The notes under the pieces are model-generated. The model ran no database searches, had not been told where the DNA came from, and saw only the letters and a program-made list of their open reading frames with translations. A DNA stretch of 64,000 nt, from contig CAVYGS010000005.1 of assembly GCA_963768185.1 (NCBI GenBank), positions 1,203,666 to 1,267,665 on the forward strand. The letters are read 5' to 3'. A program made the position numbers and the translations under genes. Below, piece after piece: positions 17,930-25,819 of the stretch. The DNA comes from an uncultured Acidimicrobiaceae bacterium (lineage in GTDB: Bacteria; Actinomycetota; Acidimicrobiia; Acidimicrobiales; RAAP-2). Position 1 is the stretch's first letter, and each line of letters begins with the position of its first letter.

Positions 17930-18153
17930 CGACGCCCATGCGGACGCTCAGCTTGCAGCGTCTCGACTTCGCGGACGCTGTCAGAACGCGGGTGGCCCTC
18001 GGTTGAGGGACGCATCGTGGAGGGCCTCCCGCTCCCTTGTATCTGCTTGCTGACCTGGCCCTCTGTTAGCGCTAGGAGCGCGCCTCACGGCTGCGCCGGA
18101 GCGGTTGCTCGAGGAAGGCGGCCGGAGGACAGGGGGGTCACGTCGTAAGGACC

Positions 18154-18256
18154 CTTGATACATCGCGGACTCGGTCAGGCGTCGTCGACGTGGCGCGCCC
18201 AGGCGAGGTCATGAGTCGGGACGGCGCGAACGTGCTCAGCACTCTTGATACATCGC
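18154..18256. repeat. Two copies of CTTGATACATCGC (about 19 nt similar in total) spaced 90 bp apart in the divergent intergenic region
   Basis: Copies at 18154-18166 (cCCTTGATACATCGCGGAC) and 18244-18256 (cTCTTGATACATCGCCGGAC). They lie between the FHA-cyclase and surface-protein/kinase operons. Confidence 0.6.
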
Positions 18257-18366
18257 CGGACGGAGGGTGATGACATGCGCACCTCCAGTTCGGCCCGACC
18301 AGCGCGCGCGTCCTTGTGGAGGCTTGTCGTCTACCGGAGTAGCGTTCCGACCTCGGAGGAACAATA

Positions 18367-19113
18367 GTGATACGTTGGATCGGTCTCACCTCGCTGATCG
18401 CCGCCCTGATCCTTCTGTTCTTCGCGCCTGTTTCCGCCTTCGCATACGGACCGAACAACCTCACGACGCTGGGTCTGAATTCGAGCCTGGTCCAACCCTG
18501 TAGCACCCTCATCGTCTCGGGCGCAGCCTTCAAGCCCGGTGAGACCGTGACGGTGGAATTCAGCGGGACCGATCTCAACGAGAAGGCCTTGGTCGAATCG
18601 AACGGTTCGTTCTCGTTCGACTTCGAGGTCCCATCGCAGGCGCAGCCCGGCTTCCACACAGTGGTCGCGACCGGGTCGACCGGCGACACCGCCGCCACCG
18701 GCGCAGTTGTGAATTCTGGGGGTTGCGCCCATCTGCTTCTCGCACCGGCCGTCCTGAAACCCGGAGGGTCGACTGTCGCGAGCGGCGACGGATGCCCCCC
18801 GGGCTCGGCCGTGACGGTCACCGTCGGCGACAAGCCGGTCGCATCCACTACCGCGAACGATCAGGGAGCCTTCTCCACCCCCATCAGCCCAGGGAGGTCC
18901 CTCACCGGCCAGCAGAAGGTGACCGCCACGTGTGGGCCAACCGAGCTATCCACGGTCCTCAGCTTCGTGGTCACCTCGACGCTGACGGCACCTGAGGCGG
19001 GTGCCGCAACGTTCGGTGTCTTCGTGCTCCTCGGTTTCGTCCTTCTTCGAGGACAATTCATGACCCTGGTGCGCCGGCGCAGGCGCCCGGCGACCGACGA
19101 CCTCGAACCATGA
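18367..19113 (+). CDS. Cell-surface protein: signal peptide, two Ig-like beta-rich repeats, C-terminal TM anchor
   Basis: ORF 18367..19113; the GTG lies 6 nt after GGAGGA. Signal peptide MIRWIGLTSLIAALILLFFAPVSAFA. Two similar modules follow (..CSTLIVSGAAFKPGETVTVEF.. and ..STVASGDGCPPGSAVTVTVG..), then FGVFVLLGFVLL plus RRRRR. Confidence 0.65.
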   Translation: MIRWIGLTSLIAALILLFFAPVSAFAYGPNNLTTLGLNSSLVQPCSTLIVSGAAFKPGETVTVEFSGTDLNEKALVESNGSFSFDFEVPSQAQPGFHTVVATGSTGDTAATGAVVNSGGCAHLLLAPAVLKPGGSTVASGDGCPPGSAVTVTVGDKPVASTTANDQGAFSTPISPGRSLTGQQKVTATCGPTELSTVLSFVVTSTLTAPEAGAATFGVFVLLGFVLLRGQFMTLVRRRRRPATDDLEP

Positions 19114-19209
19114 CGTTCTCGAGATCACTGGAGCGGCGGGTCATCGCGCCTTCGCGCCTTGGCGAAACGACGGGCATCGTCGGCCCGACGGCTCGGTAAG
19201 GCGGAGGCT

Positions 19210-21076
19210 ATGGACGACCCAGTCGCGCGCACTGGCGGGCGCACTTCCCGCGTACGAGATCGGCGGTGAACTTGGTCGGGGCGCATTCGGCGTGGTCGTC
19301 GCTGGGCGCCATCGACAGCTCGGTCGAGAGGTCGCGATAAAGCAGCTAGCACCCGGGCTGGTGGCGAACCAGACCGTCCGGACACGGTTCCTGTCCGAAG
19401 CGCAGGTCCTCGCATCGCTCTCCCATCCGCACATCGTGCCGATCTACGACTACGTCGAGCACGACGAGACTTGCGCGCTCGTGATGGAGCGGCTCGCCGG
19501 CGGAACGGTCTGGCACCAATTCGTGAACGAGGGTTATGACCAACGCACCGCGTGCGCCATCGCGCTCGTCACGTGTTCCGGCCTCGACAGCGCGCATCAG
19601 CACGGCGTGCTGCACCGGGACATGAAGCCCGAGAACATCCTCATCGGGGAGCAGAACATTCTGAAGGTCGCCGACTTCGGAATCGCAAGGCTCTTCGGCG
19701 AGGACAACGCCCTCGCGACCCCCGATGGCGAGCTCCTCGGCACGCCGGCGTATATGGCTCCCGAACAGGCGGGCGGCGTCGATCTCGGGCCACCTACCGA
19801 CGTCTTCGCGGCGGGAGTGCTGCTCTACGAGCTGCTCTCGGGACGTCTCCCCTATCGCGACGACGGGGGGGCCATGGCGATCATCTTGCGGCACGTCAAC
19901 GAAGACGCGATCCCGCTCTCGACCATGAATCCGAACGTGCCCGCGCGCATAGCCGACGTGGTGATGCGGGCCCTGGCCCGGACTCCCGCTGACCGCTATC
20001 AGTCGGCGCTCGAGTTCGGCGTGGCCATCGGGGAAGAGGCCGCGGCGACCTGGGGACCGAGTTGGACGGAGGGCCTGCGGGTCTCCTTGCGCGATCCCGG
20101 CCCCATCCTGGAGAGCACCCGGAAAGGGACCGCTCCCGCCCAGTCCGCTGCGGACTCTGGCGTGGTCCGGCCGGTGGTCGACCTGCACGCGGCGGGTGGC
20201 GCCGGCGAAGATCTGGTCCTCTCCGACCTGATGCCGCTCCGCCGCACCCCCGTGGACATACCCGCCTTCCCACGAGTGCTGGCCTGGTCGAGCGGCATCC
20301 TGGCCGCCCTCGCCATCGTCTTCGGGCTGCTCGGCGTGGGGTCCTCCACCCCTCGACCGGTGCTTGCTGCGGGCACGGTGAGTGTCGCCGGCCATGATCC
20401 GTCTGCCGGACGGGTCCGGCTCAACTTGGAGGATCCGACCTCGATCGTGGTCCACAACGCCCCAGGTCGCAGTGGTCCACCGACGTCGGCGCGCCTCACG
20501 CTGTCAATGGGTGGCGTCCCGATGGTCCATGCGACCTCGCTGCCGTTCGCGTTCCGCTCGGGAGCCTGGCGGACGACCGTGGACGCGAGCGCCGGCCGTT
20601 ACATCGTGGGCGGCAAGCTGACGGCCAACCTTGCACTCAGTGGCCCGAAGGGCACGGTCAGCGACGAGTTTGGAGTACAGGCGGCGCGCACGCCCTTCGC
20701 CACCTTCATCGGCATCGTCGCCATCGTCCTCCTGTTGCTGTGCGCGGCCTACGCCGAGTCGTTGCTCCGGACGCTCCGAAGCGGACGCCGACGCAATCAC
20801 CGCTCGTCCGTCGCCGGGCTGGCGGTCGTGGGGGCATTCGGTGGCGTAGCCGCTGCGCTCTGGGGTTGGCTGCTGAACGTCGACTCGCCGACGATCGCCT
20901 CGCTCATCCTGCCGGCTGCCGTCGGGTTGATCGCGGGTCTCCTGGCCGGCCTGGCCGGGGTCCAGATCGGCGCCCGCACACGGGCTCGCCGCCACGCGAA
21001 CCGTCTCGTCCTGGTCGCACGCCGTCGGGCAACCCTCGACAGCCGGCGTCTCGCCGAGCCCCAGGCGACCGCATGA
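19210..21076 (+). CDS. Ser/Thr protein kinase with a C-terminal TM / extracytoplasmic domain / 3-TM module; N-terminus needs a 1-nt frame correction
   Basis: ORF 19292..21076 has VAIK, HRDMKPENIL, DFGIA and GTPAYMAPE but starts after the Gly-rich loop. The open in-frame stretch upstream reads ..ALAGALPAYEIGGELGRGAFGVVV and has no start codon. ATG 19210 (after GGAGG) is one frame off. Removing one C of CCC 19218-19220 gives MDDQSRALAGALPAYEIGGELGRGAFG. Confidence 0.85.
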
Positions 21077-22194
21077 CTCGCCCATCGTTCGAACGTCTTC
21101 TGGCGTCGCCGATCGGATCGTGTCCAACCGGCAGGCATCGAGCCCGTCCGACAGCGCGGGTCACGGTCGTGCTCGCGACGTTCTTCGCGGTCGCTCTCTT
21201 TGCGCTGACCGTGTCGGCTCCGAACGCCGGCGCCACCGGCAGCGTCGGCCTCACGGTCATCGTGAACGGCCGAGCCGCTCTCGAGTCCTCGGACGCCCAG
21301 CCCGTCCAGCTGGTCCCCAGTCAGCCCGTCATCGTCGAGATCGAGGTGACCAACCACGGCGGATCGGCTCTCCACATCCGGACGGTCCGGTTCGAGGGAG
21401 ACGTGCTCGATCTGCCGCTGTTCTCTTACGACAGCGCGGTGGTGCTCAACGTCCCAGCAGGGGCCACCCGAAAGCTGACGTTCCCCATCTCGATGACGAG
21501 CATTGGCAGTCAGGCAACCGGCCTGATCGTCGCCTCCGTCAGCATCCTCGGTGCTTCCGGGGCGACGATCTTGAGTCAGACCCTGGTCACCAAGGTGCAC
21601 GGCTCGCTGACGTCGCTCTACGGCCTGTTCGGCCTTGTGGTGCTCGTTCTCACGGTGTCGTCGCTGCTACTGACACTCTTGGCCCTCGCCCGCCAGGCGT
21701 TGCCCCAGAACCGCTGGCGACGGGCGGTCCGCTTCTTCATCCCCGGCTTCGGCGTCGGCCTGGTCCTGATCTTCACCATGTCGGCCTTCGGGATCTTCGC
21801 CCCCGGTCCAGGGCACTGGGTGGCGGTCTTGGTCGTGGCCAGCGTGATCGGGTTCGCCATCGGATATTTGACCCCGGCCCCGACCGAGGAGCCCGACGAC
21901 TACGAAGAGGGCGTCCTCATGGCGCGCATCGTCGTGGTGGACGAGGACCCCCTTGAAGCCGGCCAAGCCGCCGACGTTGATCTTGTCCTGGCCGCGACCG
22001 GGGCGGTCGCGTCAGGAAGCCTGGTGACCACGGGATCGGTGTCGCATGCACCCGACGGCCGGGCGACCTCCATGCCCTCGGACTCGGTGCCCGACAGCCG
22101 GGCGACCTCCACGCCCACAGGCGCCGACGGCGACTCCGTTACCCGTCCTTCTGATCCCGCGCCCGACTCGCGTCCGACCTTGGACCCCGAGTAA
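21073..22194 (+). CDS. Membrane protein (TM, beta-rich extracytoplasmic domain, 3-4 TM, acidic S/T/P-rich tail), translationally coupled to the kinase
   Basis: Last 373 codons of ORF 20740..22194. ATG 21073 overlaps the kinase stop (ATGA). Sequence: MTRPSFERLL..VTVVLATFFAVALFALTV..VIVEIEVTNHGGSALHIRTVRFEG..LYGLFGLVVLVLTVSSLLLTLLAL... The tail contains a 39-bp imperfect tandem repeat (22051-22077 / 22090-22116). Confidence 0.7.
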   Translation: MTRPSFERLLASPIGSCPTGRHRARPTARVTVVLATFFAVALFALTVSAPNAGATGSVGLTVIVNGRAALESSDAQPVQLVPSQPVIVEIEVTNHGGSALHIRTVRFEGDVLDLPLFSYDSAVVLNVPAGATRKLTFPISMTSIGSQATGLIVASVSILGASGATILSQTLVTKVHGSLTSLYGLFGLVVLVLTVSSLLLTLLALARQALPQNRWRRAVRFFIPGFGVGLVLIFTMSAFGIFAPGPGHWVAVLVVASVIGFAIGYLTPAPTEEPDDYEEGVLMARIVVVDEDPLEAGQAADVDLVLAATGAVASGSLVTTGSVSHAPDGRATSMPSDSVPDSRATSTPTGADGDSVTRPSDPAPDSRPTLDPE

Positions 22195-22338
22195 GGAAGC
22201 TGCCGGTCCTGGTCTCCAAACGACGCCCCGTTGAGCAAGCATGTGGGGGAGCGGGGAAGCCGGCCATCGACTGCGCGTGCTCCGATCTCCCTCACTGCCT
22301 CCGACCCGTGGTGGGGACCAAATCCGACCAGGGGCTCC

Positions 22339-23145
22339 TCACGAACGACTCGGAACCCCGGTGTCATCGATGCCACCCAGGTTCGGCCCGCCGTCGACTG
22401 AGAACGTCTGACCACTGATGTAGGAGGCAGCGTCACTGACAAGGAAGAGAACGGCCCACGCCACCTCGTCGGGTCGACCGGGGCGCCCGAGAGGAATCGC
22501 ACTGGCAAAGCCGGCTTCATCAATGCCGGCCACCTTCCAGGCCTCAACCGCGCGCTCCGACGCGACGGCGCCGACTGCGATGCAGTTGGCGCGGACACCG
22601 TACCGGCCCCACTCTGCCGCGGTCACTGTCGTGAACATCTGAAGTGCTGCCTTTGAAGAGGCGTAGTGTGCCCCGCCCTTTATGCCGTGCACACCGGCGT
22701 CCGACGAGACGTTCACGATTACTCCGGAACCCTGTTCAAGGAAGTACCTCCCCGCTTCGCGCGTGGCGATGTACGCCGACTTGGCGTTGAGGTCGAAGAT
22801 CGCATTCCATGCTTTCGTTGGGAGTGACCTCAGTGGACCCATTCGAGTGCCGCCTGCGTTGTTGACAAGGATGTCGATGCGTCCCAGTTCGTCCACAGTT
22901 CGCTGGACCATCGCCACCACCTGTTCCTCGACCTTGACGTCCGTCGGTACTACCAGACAGCGACGCCCGGACTCCGACTCGATGGCAAGGGCCGTTTTTT
23001 CAAGATCGGCAAGGGTCCGGGCCGCTATTGCAATCTCGGCGCCGTGACGTGCGAGCAACGTCGCGGTTGCGGCGCCGATGCCGGTGCCGCCGCCGGTCAC
23101 GATCGCGACCCGACCTGCGAGATTCAGACGGTCATCTACTGTCAC
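22339..23145 (-). CDS. Classical SDR-family oxidoreductase
   Basis: ORF 22339..23145: VAIVTGGGTGIGAA, NNAG, the YASSK catalytic pair and a C-terminal PGRPDEVAWAVLFLVSDAASYISG. Confidence 0.9.
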   Translation of the reverse strand: MTVDDRLNLAGRVAIVTGGGTGIGAATATLLARHGAEIAIAARTLADLEKTALAIESESGRRCLVVPTDVKVEEQVVAMVQRTVDELGRIDILVNNAGGTRMGPLRSLPTKAWNAIFDLNAKSAYIATREAGRYFLEQGSGVIVNVSSDAGVHGIKGGAHYASSKAALQMFTTVTAAEWGRYGVRANCIAVGAVASERAVEAWKVAGIDEAGFASAIPLGRPGRPDEVAWAVLFLVSDAASYISGQTFSVDGGPNLGGIDDTGVPSRS

Positions 23146-23459
23146 TCCCCCTCACAATCTCTCTCGGCGGACCGGATGTCCCGACTCCGGGAGCGGATCA
23201 CCTTGTGCAAACGATCGCAGTCCCTGGTGAAACGTACCTTGGTCTATCTGATCCGAGATGCCTAGTGACGGGCAGTGGTCGCTCACAGAACGACACTGCG
23301 TCACGAAGCACAAGGATGGGTCATGTAGGAGACTTCAGATGCGGTGCGAGAGACGGGCAGTGCCGGCCCGCCGGGGCCCACGAAGCCGGGCGCTCCGCCA
23401 CGCTGAGCTGCGCTATCGAGGAGGCCAAGGCTAACTTGGTGTTCGGAGGAAGGACTCTG

Positions 23460-23609
23460 GTGTCCGATACTGAGTCACAGTCACCTGTGATCTGGAGATG
23501 TGCCAGCTGCCGGTCGCTGGTTCATCCCTCGGATGAAGATGTACCGATTGCGTGGTGCCCGAAGTGTCGGCGAATTAACCAGGCAGTCAGGGACGGTGGG
23601 CCTGGCTAG
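23460..23609 (+). CDS. Possible 49-aa zinc-ribbon protein
   Basis: End of ORF 23028..23609. The GTG lies about 8 nt after GGAGGAAGG. Sequence: VSDTESQSPVIWRCASCRSLVHPSDEDVPIAWCPKCRRINQAVRDGGPG (CxxC-17-CxxC). It lies in a lower-GC 640-bp intergenic region. No other support. Confidence 0.3.
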   Translation: MSDTESQSPVIWRCASCRSLVHPSDEDVPIAWCPKCRRINQAVRDGGPG

Positions 23610-23714
23610 TGATCCTGAAGCGGTTTACGAAGAGGGAGGGTCGAAGGGGGTCATTTGGTGCTGTCTTCGGGACATCGACGAAGCGGGGATGCGAGGACTT
23701 GTCGGTCAGCTTGA

Positions 23715-23757
23715 GTGATCAAGAAGGCACTGTGAGTTCCCGCACCTCCTTGATCAC
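23715..23757. promoter_or_regulatory. 9-bp perfect inverted repeat GTGATCAAG-N25-CTTGATCAC upstream of the SDR at 23786
   Basis: gtgatcaag at 23715-23723 and cttgatcac at 23749-23757, ending 28 nt before the ATG. This is a candidate operator or leader hairpin. Confidence 0.35.
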
Positions 23758-23785
23758 AGCAAATATCGAGGTATGAGGAGGGACG

Positions 23786-24601
23786 ATGGGAAAGCTTGAC
23801 GGCAAGGTCGCATTCATCACTGGAGCGGCCCGCGGTCAGGGCCGCAGCCACGCGTTACGCCTGGCCGAAGAAGGAGCCGACATCATCGCGATCGACATCT
23901 GCAAGCAGCTCAAGGCTGTGCGGTATGCGATGTCCACGCCAGAAGACCTCGAGCAGACGGTCAAGGAAGTGGAATCGCTTGGGCGACGCATCGTCGCCCG
24001 TGAGGCCGACGTCCGCGACGCCTCAACACTCCAGGAGGCCCTCGACGACGGGGTCAGGGAGCTCGGTCGGGTCGACATCGTCTTGGCCAACGCGGGCATT
24101 GGCCCGGGCGGAGACACCACCCCGGACGAACAGTGGGACGAAGTCGTCGACGTCAACCTCAAGGGTGTCTGGAACACAGGCCGTGTCGCCATCCCAACCA
24201 TGATCGAACAAGGCGAGGGCGGGGCGATCGTCCTGACCAGCTCCACCGGAGGGCTGATCGGGCCGGGCATCAACTACCCGGGGACCTTGGGCTACATCGC
24301 CGCCAAACATGGAGTCATCGGGCTGATGCGATCCTGGGCCAACTATCTTGCGCCGCATTCGATCCGGGTCAACACCGTGGCACCGACCACGGTCCGCACG
24401 CCGATGGCGGGTGGCGGCAATGTGAAGGCCATACTCGAGCACTCCCCCGAGCTTGCCGGGTCCCTACTCAACGCCATGCCCGTCGAAGCAGTCGACCCGA
24501 TCGACATCTCCAATGCCATCGCCTGGCTTGTCTCAGACGAAGCCCGCTACGTAACTGGCACCGTCATCCCCGTCGACGCTGGCAACGTCAACCGGCGCTA
24601 G
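23786..24601 (+). CDS. SDR-family oxidoreductase of the mycofactocin-associated subtype (carveol-dehydrogenase-like)
   Basis: ORF 23786..24601. The N-terminus GKVAFITGAARGQGRSHALRLAEEGADIIAIDIC and YIAAKHG match, from memory, the SDR subfamily with non-exchangeable NAD that co-occurs with mycofactocin genes. The subtype assignment is not verified by HMM. Confidence 0.85.
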   Translation: MGKLDGKVAFITGAARGQGRSHALRLAEEGADIIAIDICKQLKAVRYAMSTPEDLEQTVKEVESLGRRIVAREADVRDASTLQEALDDGVRELGRVDIVLANAGIGPGGDTTPDEQWDEVVDVNLKGVWNTGRVAIPTMIEQGEGGAIVLTSSTGGLIGPGINYPGTLGYIAAKHGVIGLMRSWANYLAPHSIRVNTVAPTTVRTPMAGGGNVKAILEHSPELAGSLLNAMPVEAVDPIDISNAIAWLVSDEARYVTGTVIPVDAGNVNRR

Positions 24602-24732
24602 GCCGCCCATCGCTGCCCCGAATACAGCCCCGAGGGATCTGGCAGTCCTGGGCGATCACGTCCACGCCCAACGGCACCTCCCCGAACCTCTGCCCGACCA
24701 ACACCTAGATTGGCGGCGACCAAGGGCTCAAG

Positions 24733-25668
24733 GTGGATTCAGTGAGACTGCTTCGAAAAGGGACGGCCCTCTTCCCTTGCGCCGCGAGCCTGGCGTTGTG
24801 CGCATCGGTGTTCGGATGGGGTCTCAGCCCGGCCGGGTCCAGCACGGCCGACCCTTGGCAGGCGGCACCGACGGCGATCGTGGGGACCATCACCCATCTC
24901 CCCGAAACGGTGTTCAACGCGGTGAGCCTCCAGCCCACCGTCCTGGCCCCGGTAATCCTCAAGGGGCAGAGTCCGTTGACCTTCAACGGCAAGCCAGGCA
25001 TCTACTACGAAGGAGCCGAGCCTTGTCCCTACTGCGCTGCCGAGCGGTGGGCCTTCATCATCGCGATGTCGAGGTTCGGAAGTTGGTCGGGACTTGGCGT
25101 CAACCAATCCTCCGCCAACGACATTGACCCGTCCACCCAGACATTCACCTTCGTGCGGGCAACGTATTCGAGTCCCTATGTGACGATACGGACCAAGGAG
25201 ATTCTCAGCAACCAGAAGCTCTCGAACGGCGACTACGCGCCGCTAGAGAGGCCCACGCGCGAGGAAGCGACGCTCGACGACCGCTACACCACCGCCAAAT
25301 ACTTTCCGGCCAATCCTGGGTATCTGCCGTTCTTGGACTTCGGCAATCGAGTCGTCATCTCCCAGTCCAGTTTCGACCCCTCCGTACTTCACGGACTCAG
25401 CCGGGAACAGATCGCGACCGATCTGAGTGATCCCACCAATCCGGTCACCATGGACATCGTCGCCACGGCGAACTATTTGAGCGCCGCCACCTGCCTCATC
25501 GACGGGGATCGCCCCGCACTCGTGTGTGAGAGCCCCGGTGTCCTCGGGTCGGCGCACTTCGTCAAGCGTTCCTACGGACTTGCCACGGCCGTCTGCACCA
25601 ACTCGACGAAGGGCCAGTCCATCTGTGGGGGAACCAGCGCTGGGTCAGCATCCGGCGCCGGCGGTTGA
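24733..25668 (+). CDS. Secreted DUF929-like (thioredoxin-fold) protein
   Basis: ORF 24733..25668. It has a signal peptide. YYEGAEPCPYCAAERWAFIIAMSRFGSWSGLGVNQSS is the CPYCAAERW motif that I recall for DUF929. Confidence 0.7.
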   Translation: MDSVRLLRKGTALFPCAASLALCASVFGWGLSPAGSSTADPWQAAPTAIVGTITHLPETVFNAVSLQPTVLAPVILKGQSPLTFNGKPGIYYEGAEPCPYCAAERWAFIIAMSRFGSWSGLGVNQSSANDIDPSTQTFTFVRATYSSPYVTIRTKEILSNQKLSNGDYAPLERPTREEATLDDRYTTAKYFPANPGYLPFLDFGNRVVISQSSFDPSVLHGLSREQIATDLSDPTNPVTMDIVATANYLSAATCLIDGDRPALVCESPGVLGSAHFVKRSYGLATAVCTNSTKGQSICGGTSAGSASGAGG

Positions 25669-25819
25669 GCGACCCTCGCCCGGATCTCGCCGATCCCGGT
25701 GGTGCCTGCACCCCGTGACCGCAACTAGCTGACGCCCTTGGTCGACACAGGGCCTTCGGCCAGACTCGTGGGGGCGGTCAAAGCAGCTGGTCGGCCGCCG
25801 ATCGGCCAACCATCGGAGC

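Noticed and set aside
23028-23609. The 193-aa ORF overlapping the SDR start and the intergenic region.
   Set aside because: The first roughly 140 codons are Arg-rich and overlap the divergent SDR gene. Only the last 49 codons (the zinc-ribbon candidate) are kept, at low confidence.
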